Source: Octopus sinensis (lineage: Eukaryota). Taken from it: DNA of 64,000 nt. This document shows positions 1 through 13,015 of this stretch, piece after piece. The first letter of the stretch is position 1. Each line of letters starts with the position of its first letter. The notes under the pieces were generated by a model. That model searched no databases. It was not told the origin of the DNA and worked only from the letters and a program-made list of their open reading frames with translations. The translations under genes were made by a program, and so were the position numbers. The stretch covers positions 42,036,001-42,100,000 of the forward strand of contig NC_043001.1 of NCBI RefSeq assembly GCF_006345805.1, read 5' to 3'.

Positions 1-1687
1 GAAAGAGAACAATTTATCACTGCAGATTTTAATAGAGGTTTCAATTTGAAATTCTGAGAAAATTATTGAATGTGACAGCGACCTGAAGAAGTACAATAGC
101 TGAAACATGACTATAACTACTATAAGAACACCAGTCTGAATTTCTCAAAGTATAATAATATCAAACAATGTCTAAAAAAAATGAGAAATCACAAATATCC
201 ACTCTTGTCTAATTTTAAAAACCTAGCTTTACTCATAACTTCTTCCAAGAAAAATTTATATCGTTATTTTATACATAGTTTATGTTACATAAAATGGTCC
301 AAGAAAACTGTTAAAACAGGACTGCTTCATAAATATAAGTGAGAGACTTCTTATGCACTAGCCAGAAAAAAAATATATAATATTCTATCAGAAAAGATCA
401 CATATACAAACTTTTTAGTACTTTATTTAAGGCATAAAAGAGTTTCAATCTTTTTCAGTAATTTAAATATATCCAAACTATAGTGTCAATATGGTAATTT
501 GTTACATCATGAACCATATTAATTGTTAAAAAAATAAACAGAAATATACCAGCTGTAAAGCTAAAAATTAGCAAAATACATTTGAATTTTAACATTGTTT
601 CTAGTATGAAAATTAATAACAAAATGCGAAAATGAAGTTAAATTTTAAAGTTGCCTAGAATGAACTTCAAAAGTAAATCATCTAAAATATCATATCCAAG
701 ATATTTTATCAGAACTATACCACTTAGTATTGAATTGTTTTTGTTGTCATCATGATAACAATCTCTCCAGTCATTCAATACCTCTAATTGTTCTTTCAGT
801 TCCATTGCACGGAATCTGTCACAAATCCAATGAATGTATCATACTCAGCAAATTCATCCCTTAGCATTCCATTGTCATAAAATGGTTCATTAACACAGTG
901 CAACACTTATCTTTGTATTTGTCTAAATAGATAACAATTCCAAATTATTTCACTATGCTAGAATATATTATTGGCTGAACATTGGTAGTCAACGTTGAAT
1001 AATTGGGTTTTAGTTGTCAATGTTTGTTGCATTAGAACATTAGAATAATGTAAAGTGTTCGCTTTTGGTCTTAGATTTCACATAACTCTTGGACCCAACT
1101 TGTTTTACAATTCTTATTTATTCCCTACCATATGTATTTTAGAACTTGTTTTATTATATTCAGTTCTGAAAATTGCTTCCCAGTTGTTATCATAAACTGA
1201 ATTTTAAAAATAGAATAAACTGGAGAAGCCTGAGAATTTTTTTTTTAACATCAAATGTAAATTCATCAATTATCAAAGTGACCGTCCTAACCCCCCATTT
1301 TCATATAGGTTTCAGTAACTTTTTTAACCACATAATAAAAAATCATTTTAAAATTAACTATCCAAAGTAAAAGCATTTTCAAAGTAGTCTAACATAACTT
1401 TATACAAGCAACAAATCCAATATCCTTCAGAAAACTCAATCTTTGTATTATGAGTTTCCTGATACAATAAGAGAAACCACTTTCTTTATCTTACAAAGAA
1501 AGTATTCCCTTATGAAGTTATTTACAAGAACACCAGAAAGGATCGCCATGCAATTCACTTCTTGTAATAAAATTCCAATCAATCTCCTATGAATATCATC
1601 CAGTTTTAAATCTGGCAATATTTTCTTCTATTTGGTTCTTCATGTCGTCTAAATAAAGCAGAGAGCAAAGAAAGATAAAAGCTGTAG

Positions 1688-1885
1688 ATGTTGTTTAGTT
1701 CCAGGTCAGCTCCTAATTGGACAGACCTTTAATCTAAGTCATTCCAGCCATCACCATCTCATCTATGTACAAGGAACGCAGAACCACATTATGTCATGCA
1801 TCATTTTTTTACTATGATGGTCTGGGTCAGATTTGATTACTATTTCTTGTAGGTTGAGTGACTATAGTTTTCTTCACTGGTTTAC
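1688..1885 (+). mobile_element. Degenerate SINE-like interspersed repeat (family 'D' here)
   Basis: gttgtttag..ccaggtcagc..cagacct..attccagccatcaccatc motifs; related pieces recur near 3780-3925, 22525-22935 and 56470-56510. Confidence 0.55.
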
Positions 1886-3602
1886 AACAGGTAAGTATCT
1901 ACAAATGGTGTAACCCTACATTCTAAATTCAGTCAGATTTTTATTAGATAAAAATTAAAGAGAAATTACAATATATCTCAAAGAGCATGAAAATCCTCCC
2001 CAATTTTCACACAAACAAAAGTAAAAATATTTCAAAACTAAAATACAAGTAAATAACCCTGACACCACCAACCAAACAAGTTCTAACTACATTTTTTCAA
2101 ATTGCCTTAGACAGCTATTATCTATTGGAGCAATAGTTATCTTTTATACAATAGCATATATCAGTTTATATTAAATATGATACTGTCCATGGATGTGCAA
2201 AATATAGGATTGGCAGCTTAATTATTAAATTTGAACTATGCTTCTAAAATACAGTGTAAATCTGCAATAAAATCTGAAATGAATAACAATGAGTTCTTCA
2301 CAGCTCTGTCTCATTATGCCAATAGAATAAATCAATGTGTGCTAAGAATCTTATTTCAAAAGAAAGAACACTTAAGACAGTTGCATTGACATGGCCTGAT
2401 AAAGGATTGAGGACGTATGTACGCTTGTATAGAGTTGCTACACAAAAGAAAAAAATTGTCCACAAAAGACCTCAATAAGTATATATAAAGATATGTCTGT
2501 TCTATGTTTGAATTTAACAGATCTGTACTTAGTCCCTGACAGTTCATTTTGAAACTGATATCAGCTAACAATAATTGTAAAACTAAAGAGCTGATTGGCA
2601 GATTATTACATACCATAATAAAGTCATTTTAGAGAGTAGCTAAATTGCAGACAGGAACTCAATATTTATTCATTTGAAGCAAGAAAGAGAATGTATTCTT
2701 CAAATTAAAAAAATTGTGAAACCAAGGAAAAGACTTAAATACCTTTAAAATATTTTGGAGAATAATGAACATAAAAGAGCATAGTATTGTTAATTTCTAT
2801 AACAAAGAACATATGTTAGTTTTATTGAGAAAGTCAAAATAACACATTAATAATAAAAGAAAAAAAATGTAAGAAATCCTTCAATCACAGAAAATACAAT
2901 CAACAGCTGATTTATGTTAAGACTAGTTGAAAAAAGAATGTTTAAAATACTTTTTAAAGACTGCTTTGCCAAAACAGAAATTTGGTAAAATTAATTCCAT
3001 ATAGATATACATCTTAAAAAGCAAATTTTAAGATTGTATAGTGCAAAAGGTAGTTACAAAATATGAGGAAAATAAAATATATTCATACATTTTTTAACTC
3101 TGGATACAAATTATTAATAGGGTTAGCTTATCTCCATAAGGAAAATGGGTCAGTGTTGAACAGCAAAACAGATTCTATTAAGAGTCTAAGAAATGTTTAA
3201 AGGTCACAAAAGTGAGAAGTGCAGCACAAAAAAAAGGGGGGGATTGGCATAAGGTGTTCACAGTACCATACACAGGCTCAATGATAAAAGTAATACCTTT
3301 ACATTGTAGCAGGAACAGCCACCTGAGTGAAAAATGGCTGTCCTATATTGAAAAGTACAAAGTATTAGCTTGTCATCCATGGCTGCCAACCTTCACCTAC
3401 AAGTACATGAAGGAGATATAATAAAGATGCCAAGTGAACTACAAGGATACTAAAATGTTTAAACAAACTATTGATAAAGAAAAATAGAATAATAATGATA
3501 TTAATGATAACTAAATAAAATAGTTTCTCTGCTAATGAATATGAGTGGGTGAGTCTTCAACAAAGAAGCTTCACATCATGCCAATCTGATAGCATTTTAT
3601 CT

Positions 3603-3610
3603 TATATATA

Positions 3611-3677
<67 letters not shown>

Positions 3678-3694
3678 ATATATGTATGTATATA
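3603..3694. repeat. (TA)n microsatellite
   Basis: Directly visible, interrupted TA run. Confidence 0.95.
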
Positions 3695-4057
3695 CTGCCT
3701 ACCAGTTTAAATGCATTTAGGCACATTCTGCAGCACTATTTCATTAATATATTTTCACCTACTCAAATTACACAGGGAATTTCTATGCAGTCTGTTGACC
3801 TAGAAAGAACAACCAAATCTCCCACAAACACACTACCATCTTAAAAAGACACATTCAATAATGTAGTTTGTTTTTAAATTTAAAAAAAAAGTGATGATAA
3901 AGCTGATCTGGAGCTGGACATGGACATGATACTTGGGAGGAATAGTATTATGGAATAACAAAATTTATATTTGAAAACAAATGTTACCAAGAAAAATTAC
4001 TTATTCCAAAGTTTTCATTTATCTCATAACATTAGTGCAGATTATTACTGCAACAGG

Positions 4058-4649
4058 ATCTTTATCTTTTGACCTACAGATTTAAAAAATAATTTTTTGT
4101 AACTGAACACTTTCAAACTTCAGACACTGGTAAAATGTGTCATACAAAACATCTTTTACTCTTAGCATTTTTGAGAAAAACTTATATTTACAAAGTTATT
4201 TCACGTTAAAACTGTCCTATTTCGGTAATTTCAACCAATCAATGACGTGTATTCAGCTGAATAAAATTACTGCTGTTGTTTGTCAACAAGAACTTCCGGC
4301 GGTGTATATTTCATTTGTCACTGTTATTTATGACAACCCTAACACCTTAAAACCAGTACAAATGCACGAACAATGTCATAAATAACAGTGACAAATGAAA
4401 AATACACCGCCAATAGCTGTTGTTAACAAACGGCAGTAATTTTATTCAGCTGAATACACGTCACTGATTGGTTGAAATTATCGAAATACGAGAACTTTAA
4501 CATGAAATAACTTCGTAAATATAAACTTTTCTCAAAAACGCTAAGAGTAAAAGATGTTTTATATGACACATTCTACCAGTGTCCGAAGTTTGAAAGTATT
4601 TAGTTACAAAAAATTATTTTTTAAATCTGTAGGTCAAAAGGTAGAAGAT
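4058..4649. mobile_element. Foldback/MITE-like element with ~275-bp inverted arms
   Basis: 4058-4335 (atctttatcttttgacctacagatttaaaaaat...ttatgaca) is the near-perfect reverse complement of 4374-4649 (tgtcataaataac...aaatctgtaggtcaaaaggtagaagat). Spacer is ~38 bp. Confidence 0.9.
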
Positions 4650-4946
4650 AACTACCCCCAACCTTCACATTTTACAAACACAAAATGACCATTCAAAGAT
4701 CACATACTCTTTATACTTGGAACTATGAAACTTTCAGGAATCCAAGAGAGTGCCCAAATATTCTGTATGTAGAATATTTGAATTTCATCAGTTTACCTTT
4801 TTTAAAAGCTGTTAAGATCATTTTCATAAAAATAGAGAAAAAAGAAGTATTTTTATAGAATCAATTAAAGTGAGATGAAGTAAATGGACTTAGAAGAGGG
4901 ACTAAATTATAAGACGCTCTGAAGATTAATATGAAGTGGCCAGACA

Positions 4947-5739
4947 TCTCTCTATATATAAAAGGCAGTTTGTCTGTTTGTGTGTCTGTCAGGTTGTACC
5001 CTCACCCTGACCACGGCTTTCAACTGATTCTGATGAAACTTGACACACACATAGCCCAATGTCATAATTCAAAATTAACGCAGCGAAAATTTTGAAAAGT
5101 TCCTCCAGTTCTGAAAAAAATCGATAAATTTGACGTGGGGTCGAAAATCTAAGTTTATCATATGCAACACATTTTCCGCTGTAGTTTTTGCAACTTGCAA
5201 TCGATTTTCACCAGACTCACGGTGAAGTTTAATATTACCCTAAGAAACTTAATTCTGACGTTAGTTTTCCATGCAATACCTTACTATCAGAAAAAAAATC
5301 GATAAAATCATGTCATTTGGGGAAATCGCAATTTTCGACAATATCTTTAACAAATTGGCAGGAATTTTTTTTTGAAATTCACAGCGAGCATCATGTCTAC
5401 TCCAAGGAGCTATATGGCCCTTTTGATTCCAACAGGATACGTTATTACTGGAAAAAATCGGTTAATTACATCAAATGTGGCACACATAGCAAACCGATTT
5501 TTCTGCGATAGTTTAAGAACTGGGTTGGGTGTGCTAAACAAAACCAGAAAATGCACTTTGACTGTCATAGATTTTCTTCATGCATGCAAAGGAACGGTGC
5601 CTTGAATGCCTTAATGCCTTTTAGGCTTCATTTTACAAAATATCGGTTCAATGAGTACAAAAGAGGGTAAAAAGGTAAAGGGCATTGCTTATCGACAAAG
5701 TTTCTTACATACCCGGGCAACGCCGGGCTATGCTGCTAG
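4947..5739 (+). mobile_element. Non-autonomous Helitron
   Basis: 5' TC terminus (tctctctatatataaaa), subterminal GC hairpin cccgg-gcaacg-ccggg (5712-5727), and CTAG 3' end. Sits between A (4946) and T (5740) with no TSD. Confidence 0.85.
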
Positions 5740-6321
5740 TAGTAAGTAGAAAAACATCAGCTAGGCATTTGATAAATTTCTGACAAGTGGATAAGGAACA
5801 TCAGATGATTTGAGACCAGCCAATGGCTAGAGAGGGTAAACTGCTTGAATGATACAAAAGTGATATTAAGTTCTCTTACTAAAGAAGATCCCCCAGAAGT
5901 GACTCTATAGAAGCCATACTGGTAGTCAATGGCTGTTTCCAATACTTAAGATGTAGGAATTAAAAGTGACAGGTCGGGAATTGGTGGAATCAGAAAAGTT
6001 ACCTTCTTTGAGAAGTACGAATTATATATTTCCATAAATTATGATATCCAAATCGAAGAGTCTGACAAAGATAGGAGTTAGTTTAGGAGTGTGCCGCTTG
6101 AAAGGGTTGGGTCACCAAGAAACCAGTTGTATTGTTGAATTATAGTAACTGAATAAATTTTGCTTTCAGTGGTGGGGTAAACAAGTTCAAGAAAAGAAAT
6201 TGGGGGGGGGGGGGGTTGCAAGCATGTGCACACACACACATGCATGTAGGCACATATTCAGAGCTGCCTGGGTATACATTATTTACATTCAACGGATATT
6301 TGTCCTCATCTTGTTTTTGTT

Positions 6322-6364
6322 AACATGTTTCGACTGATATACCCTCAAGCATTCTTCAGGTGTC
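6322..6364 (-). ncRNA. Degenerate minimal type I hammerhead ribozyme in the Penelope 3' region
   Basis: Minus strand reads acac-CTGAAGA-atgcttgagggtatatcagtc-GAAAC-atgtt. The inverted copy at ~6802 preserves aaacGTTgtgt (palindromic stem III, cleavage triplet and stem I partner). Confidence 0.55.
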
Positions 6365-6435
6365 TTGGGGAAATTTTGAACCTGGGTTCTCATTCCTAAG
6401 GTATTTTTCGATGTTGTTATTATTATTATTGTTCA

Positions 6436-6508
6436 AGCTACTGCTTGGAATCAAACTCAGAATCTTGGGGTTAGTAGCCCGCTCTCTTAACCACTACGAC
6501 ATATGCCC
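6436..6508 (-). pseudogene. tRNA-derived segment (Pol III A/B boxes) inside the Penelope element
   Basis: Minus strand gggcatatgtcgtagtggttaagagagcgggctactaaccccaagattctgagtttgattccaagc has an A-box-like tRRcgtagtgg, an anticodon-like arm and a B-box-like gagtttgattcc. The acceptor stem is not intact. Confidence 0.65.
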
Positions 6509-7794
6509 GTGGGTAATTATGGAGTGAATTTTAGGGCTTATAAATCTAATATTTTCCTATCCTTCCTTAATACTGGTTCCCATATGCTGCTCATATCTGC
6601 ACTCGGTCTGCTTAGGAGGTTGTTGTGTCCTAGCATAGGTGCTGCTTCTTTTAGTTTTCATATTTTCCAGTGGTGTTCTCTGTCTATTATTTTCACTTCA
6701 TCCCACAGGGGGAAGTGGTCTCCATTTTTCCATACATGATCAGCTATACCCGATTTATCAATATCTCTTTGTGTCACAGCTTTGCAATGTTTGTCAATGT
6801 TAAACGTTGTGTTCAATAACATTAAATGTTGTGTTAACAACAAACAAGATAAGGACAAATATCCGTCGAATGTAAATAATGTACATAATTCCTCATCTCT
6901 TAAATATAGAACTGCCTGGATATGTTAGTGCATGTCCAGTGTCAGATTGGGAAGAAATTAGCAACAAAGTTTGCAGCTTTATTTGCAGAGATCTTGCTTG
7001 CAAAAACATCTTGGTTGGATCTTCAAAGTTAGTAAACATGTTCTTACATAGCACAAGAAAGCCAAGTTGTAATTTAACTGAGAAGGTGAGTGTCTGCATA
7101 GCAATAGGGAGGGGGAGGTTACCTCAAGGCTGATGATGACAAGCATTTTATTCATTGTGTTGTAACACTGTTCTTTACCTGTAGAGCAGACTTGAAAGTA
7201 ATAGGCTTAAATTGTGAAAGACGTTAAAAGACAGACCTAAGAGAAGATCCAATTAACTTTCTTGAGTGAGGAAGAGATGAAGTACATTTTCCTCAAAAAA
7301 ACAGTCAGCAAAGAATTGATGGAGTTGGTTTCAATAACAGGTGGTAGAGGTAGTATGAGAGTTAAGGAGTAGGTTACTTTGATTAGGCATGGATTAGAAA
7401 ATCTGATTGGGACAGAATGATGGTTGAATTTGTGACTGTTGTTTAACAGGTATTATCTAATGGCATGACCTCACTTAATGATGCTGACAGAAAAGCATGA
7501 CTTCTTCACTGAGTTTCTAAACTGTCTTTAGTATTTTCCCCATAGTATGGCAGATTAACATGGACCCAGTTTCTCTTGCTTTTTCTTGTTTCTCCTTTCT
7601 CTTACTTCCTTACTTTTTGTTTCATTTCCTTGCTTTACTAGTACTACCTTACATCACTCTTCACTATCTATCACATTTCACTTGGTTGTCAATGCCATGT
7701 GGTCTGGTTGGTGTCGTAAGCAGAAATTCCATAATCATTTGACTCTCTGAATCCACATCTTATACTACAAATATGTGTGTGTGTGTGTGTTTCA

Positions 7795-7965
7795 TGATCA
7801 TCATCATTTAACTTCTGTTGTCCATGCTGGCATGGGTTGGTGGTTTTGACCAGAACTGGCCAACTGGAAGGCTGCACCAGACTCCAGTCTGATTTGACAA
7901 TTTCTACAGTTTGATGCCCTTCCTAATGCCAACCACTTCGAAAGTGTAATGGGTACTTTTACATG
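7795..7965 (-). mobile_element. SINE with RTE-type (GAT)n tail (family 'B')
   Basis: catcatcatttaac..ccatgctggcatgggttgg...gatgcccttcctaatgccaaccac; same family as 21700-22059. Confidence 0.85.
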
Positions 7966-8189
7966 TCAACTCCAAATTTGAGTTAATTTGGAGTCAAGTT
8001 ACACCTTAACTCCAAATTACCACTCCCATCCAATAGAAAGAGATTCTGCAACATTATCTGATTTACAGATTTCTTCTCTTTAAATACTAAGTCTAACATT
8101 GCTAAAAATTTCATAGCATTAATAAACATTTCTTCTCAACCACCAATAAGCATTAATAAACATTTCTACTCAACAACCAATGCCAAGAA

Positions 8190-9000
8190 CTATTTCAATA
8201 GAAATAATGCATGCCCTACTTAGTCATGTAATGCTGAAATGATTATCTACGAGAGAGAAATCACCTCCACCAAATCACACTCAAACATTATGCTTAAACA
8301 CTATGTAGGTAATATAGGAGGTATACTTTAACCAGACTTCTTTCTTCAGAAATAAAGGAATTATTGCGTCTGGTATTTGAAAGAACATGCTACTACATTT
8401 GAAATCAAGTAGATACATCCTTGAGAGACCGAGACCAAGACCATATAAAAAAAAATGGCACAAAATGTTGAGGGTTATACATAACTGGAACGAGCCTCAT
8501 ACTCAATAAATCCACAGACTTTCAAAATGTCAAATTAAATCTTTACCAAATGTCACTACTAAGTATCTACTAAAAGATTGGAAGATTATATCAAAGCTTG
8601 ATTGAAAGAATCAATACTTAACTATTTACCAAGAGCAGTGGTACTCTCTATTTTCAATTTTATCCCAAAATGAAATTTCCAATCTCTATACACCATCAAT
8701 CCTTTGCCAGTAAAGCAAGATATTTAATATACTCATCAATATTTTCATGATTTCAACTTAACTTTTCCAAATTTACTACTACAAAGTTTACTTTTAATTA
8801 ACTCAAATAACTTATCCCGAGTAATATATGTAATGAGTTATGTTCTTTACCATATAAATCATATATGTAGCTGATATTAGAGCTAGACACTGAGGTATTT
8901 TGATTGACCGATGACTTTGCAGCACTCCTATGTATACTACCAAGTCATAATGTGTTATCACATATAGACTTTATCATTTAATACATTTCATTTTCCTATA
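8190..9000 (+). mobile_element. Decayed Penelope-like element, GIY-YIG endonuclease region and 3' end
   Basis: Frameshifted motifs CP..C...IYE..ITS...K.YVG...WYLKEHATTFEIK..ILERPR.PY..NGTKC. A hammerhead-like remnant lies at ~8905-8960. Confidence 0.55.
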
Positions 9001-9089
9001 TGTATTAAATTTTCTGTTGTGTTATTGCTTTTTTATGCAAGCACCCGTAGCATAATGTAAATACACACACGCACCCAGCAGATTGTACA

Positions 9090-9854
9090 ATGTTTGTGTA
9101 CTAAGTGTGATGTAGTGGTAAGGGTGCCTTGAATGTAGAAGTGAAGGCAGTAAAGGGGTGAAGCAAGCATGCTATGTAGAATGTGTAATGCTAGTGTGCA
9201 TGAATGATGGAGAACCAGTGAACCAAGAGGAAAAAAACTAGATATAAGAAGAACCAGACATATGTAAGAGAGAAGACTGAGCTGATATGGACAGTTGATG
9301 CACGAGTTGGATAAAGAAGTGCCAAGCTTTCAAAGTGGATGGAACCTGTAAAAAATGGGAGAGCTAGGAAAACATAAGCCAAAATGAAGACTGACCTCAA
9401 ACAGCTAAATCTCATGTACTGAAAATGTTGCACTGCAGAATGCTGGCCTATACATACTTGGTGAAAATGGATAGGAAACTGGTGTTGCTGGTAACTGAAA
9501 ATGGCATATAAATCTACACCTGGGTCTCTTGCCTTTTATGTTTTTGTGAAGTTTCCATCTTCCTTCTCTTTCATACCCTCATCTATCATGCTTCCTGTTT
9601 AATGAGAGATGACATTATGTCTGCCTACATCCAATCTTCTACCTTCATCTATGACTTCTTTTTCTTGCCACACTGTCAGTATAATTAAGGATCTATTTGT
9701 TTCAACTGTCCATAACACCACCCTTCTTTATTACTAACCATCATTCTCTCTTTTATTATTCCTTACCTCATCATTATGGAGCACTATCACTCTTACCATT
9801 ACCTGTGTTTACTCACTCTCTCAACATCAGCCATCTTTCTGACTACTCATCACT

Positions 9855-9913
<59 letters not shown>

Positions 9914-10415
9914 ACAATTCCTTTCTCTGTCACTGATTGTTGACATTCATTACTCTCTTTCACTTCTTTAACATCATCCTGTCTCCTTCCTATAACTCTT
10001 GCCTTACATCATGCCACTCACACTATTTTCCTATTCAACACCTGCCAACAACTAACAACAACTCCCTTCAAGAACTCTCTCATTACCATCACTCTGCTTC
10101 ATACGTTCATCCCGATTTCTCCACGTTGACTGTCTCTTTTATTCATCCTTTCAGTCAGGTTACCTTGAACAAGCAGAAACAGTATAGGGTAGAGAAGACA
10201 CTACTCTTGCCAAAGGTAAAATAATTTTTATAGTACTGGTACCACAATAAGATTTACCCAATATACTTTGTAAAGTGGCTGGTGTTAGGAAGGGCGACCA
10301 CCATTGAAACCATGCCGAATATGAAATGTAGGAGGGTAGTTATGTAAAGAACTGACTTGGGCTATGATAACCTGCCCAGTTCATGCTAGTACTTGGAAGT
10401 GGATATAAAATGAAA
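9090..10415 (+). mobile_element. RTE LINE 3' fragment with pyrimidine-rich 3' region and family-B-like tail
   Basis: Colinear with 37950-38890 (agagagaagactg..., aaagaagtgcca..., gttaggaagggc...). Confidence 0.6.
9860..9916. repeat. (CA)n microsatellite
   Basis: Directly visible. Confidence 0.95.
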
Positions 10416-10451
10416 CATCCATATACACACAAACACAATCATCATCATATA

Positions 10452-10810
10452 GGTACAGACGTGGCCATGTGGTAAGAAGATTGTTTCCCAACAACATGGT
10501 TTGGGCTGATCAAAGCCTTGTGAGTAGGTCTAGTAAATGGAAACTGAAAGAAGCCTGCCGTGTGTGTGCGTGTGTTTGTGTGGGCCTCTCTCTCTCTCTC
10601 TCTTTCTGCCCCCCCCCTGCTTGACAGCCAGTGTTGGTGTGTTTATATCCCTGTAATTTAGTGGTTTGGCAAAAGAACCAATAGAATAAGTACCAGGCTT
10701 TAAAAAAATATAAATACTAGGATTGATACATTTGACTAAAAATTCTTCAAAGCAGTATCCCAGCATGGCTGCAATCTAATGACTGAAATAAGTAAAAGGA
10801 ATAAAAGGAA
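10452..10810 (+). mobile_element. tRNA-derived SINE (family 'A'), internally deleted
   Basis: gtggtaagaag..cccaac..aaagccttgtgagt..ggaaactgaaagaagcc..(TG)n..atagaataagtaccaggctt..gactgaaa with A-rich tail; five more copies in the window. Confidence 0.9.
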
Positions 10811-12919
10811 TATGTCAAACACCAGTAGTTTATCCATTCATTACCTACATGATGGTAGGTAAAACATTAAACAGAATGTACAATTCTGTATTCTTATTTA
10901 TTAATTTATCCAGCAAATCATTATATCATTTAAACTAAAATATACAGGAATCATCATTGTTTTAATATATATTTCCTTGGTGACAATTTCCGTATATCAG
11001 TTCTCTATCCCTTTGAGATCCACTATTCTCTGATGTGACCTAAACACTTTCAAGAATAAGTTAATCCTTACTGCAAGTAACCTCCAATGGCAACATATTT
11101 CTGTGATCAAATTAATCAATTCAAAACATTTCTCTTCTTTCAGGACATCAAGGAATCTTTTTCTGGCTGCATTTCTTGTTAGACATACCTAACTTTTGTC
11201 TATTATTCTATGAATTGTGTCTTTTTCTTTATTACTTCTAAACCTGCTCCATTTCTCTTAGGGCCAAATGTAATATGCTACTCCAATGTTATGATACATA
11301 CTGTGATATTACCCCAGCTACAGAACTGGTCAATAGTTTACAGTACATTGACCCTTAGGCATGCTCAAATGTACTCTATGCTCTTCCCTACAGTCTACAT
11401 AAATGTTTGCTAGCATTATATGAAAATTAGCTATCACAAAAGCATTTTGGCCTTCATGTTTTCCATTATTATCAGCTGGCTTTCTGGAGTTTGTGCAAGA
11501 GACATTAGTTTCTTAACATTTCAAAACACACAAAAACGTAATTCTTCTGTCTTAATAACAGGGCCATAGCTTCCCTGCATCAGAGTGAATACATCATGAT
11601 GCTTTACTATGACTAATTATACCCTGGTGTATTTACCATATCCCAGTCATATATCTATGAGGTAGTGGTACAAAAACTTTGTACCAGGAACTGGTCCATC
11701 TGCATAGGTTTCTTCAGTTTGCAGAGTATATGGAGAGAGCTTTCAGCTGCTGCCATGTTGCTTATCGTAAGTCTATTTTTAATGATTTTATCATTCCTCT
11801 TAACAATAATACTGTCTATCAATAGAGTATATAACTGTAATACCAGAATGATTACCTACTTAAGGCTATACCCATGTGCCTTCTGTGCCAAATTTGACTA
11901 ATATACTTTTCCAACATATTTCTTATATACAGGATACATGCAGTCAAGTATGTATCAACATCTCTAATTCATGGAAACAAAGAAAATTGTCCTCTTTACC
12001 AACTTAGTGTGGAAAGTGTAACTAATGACTGCAATTGTTTTGTTAAATAAAAGAACTTTAGTCATAAGCTTCATGTTTGAAAACAGTAAAAATGTTCGTT
12101 TACATAGTATTCACTTTAATAACTAAGAGTACCTAAAAAGCAAAATAATTTGGTATATCAACAATTAGTACCTAAAAGAACTAAAAGAAATTGGGTAAAG
12201 TAAATGTTCAAAGTAATAAGATTATTAATTTTCAAGCTATTAATCTCATCAATAGAAATGAGACATCTTTTAAATGTTTACTTCTAAATGAGGTTTCAAT
12301 GTGTTTCATCTTTGTCATATTCCTAGATGTATACATGATATTTCAAAACCAGTCTGGGACTATATACACATCCACTGATGTGTACATAGATAGAATGATG
12401 ATAATGATGACTGGAGATCTTTGTTTTTCTTCATTCATATTTAACTATGCGGTTACTATTCTGAAAAATTTATTTTATTGGGTGTTGTTATTATGAAAAC
12501 TTCTAGAAAGCAATTCTGTGAAAATTTCAAAGTCTTAATAGCCTGAAGAATTCTATGTTCCAGTTTTGCATAATGGTTTAATTTCTAGCATTTTCTATTT
12601 TTAAATAATATTAACAAAATCTGATTTTGCAGAAAATAAAAAGAAATAATAAAAATCATGACAATTCAGATCACAACACCAAAAGGATTTTAAAAGCTGA
12701 TAAAGAGAGTAATAATGCAGATGTTGGAAACAAGGCAACATAGAGGTAAATTATATGAATCATCACCATCAACATCATCATATTAATGTTCAGTTTACCA
12801 TGTTTGCATGGGCTAAAATCATTAGTGATGAACACCTTTCATCATTACAAATAACAGCTATAGAAGAAGTATCTGAAAGTGTGGAGCACCAAACTAAATA
12901 TCTTATAATACATACTATT

Positions 12920-13015
12920 GGAGCTTGTGCAGTCTCCTGGCTTGCCAGTCCTCAGGCAAAACATCCAACCTATGCCAGCATGGAAAGCAGACGTTAAACA
13001 ATGATGATTACAATG
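12920..13015 (+). mobile_element. Family B SINE 3' fragment
   Basis: ccaacctatgccagcatggaaagcagacgttaaacaatgatgat tail. Confidence 0.8.

Larger units (their letters stand above)
6264..6923 (-). mobile_element. 5'-truncated Penelope-like element (GIY-YIG tail, inverted terminal duplication)
   Basis: ORF 6658-6858 HCKAVTQRDIDKSGIADHVWKNGDHFPLWDEVKIIDREHHWKI*KLKEAA fits a PLE GIY-YIG C-terminus. ~6275-6325 and ~6833-6883 are inverted copies. Direct repeat ctgcctggRtat flanks both ends as a TSD candidate. Confidence 0.8.
5750..7550 (-). mobile_element. Highly decayed L2/CR1-group LINE, interrupted by the Penelope element
   Basis: Minus-strand remnants resemble RT-region (FLQARSLQIK...PGSS, ORF 6893-7099) and C-terminal (LPSLA) motifs; many stops and frameshifts. 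Confidence 0.4.

Noticed and set aside
720-818. Exon-like FRAMELKEQLEVLNDW..., reminiscent of a MIT-domain/ULK3 C-terminus when joined to RCHIQ*
   Set aside because: Similarity rests on a few residues, the donor (gtatag) is weak, and no other exons of such a gene were found.
1853-1896. Plus-strand exon-like unit ending CAG|gtaagt
   Set aside because: It lies largely within a SINE-like repeat, opposite to the apparent transcription direction.
6436-6508. Functional tRNA gene
   Set aside because: The acceptor stem and T-loop are degenerate and it is embedded in a retroelement. Recorded as tRNA-derived only; the same applies to the SINE heads.
11658-11686. tgaggtagt, the 5' end of let-7
   Set aside because: Only 9 nt match, and the local hairpin does not include it as a miRNA arm.
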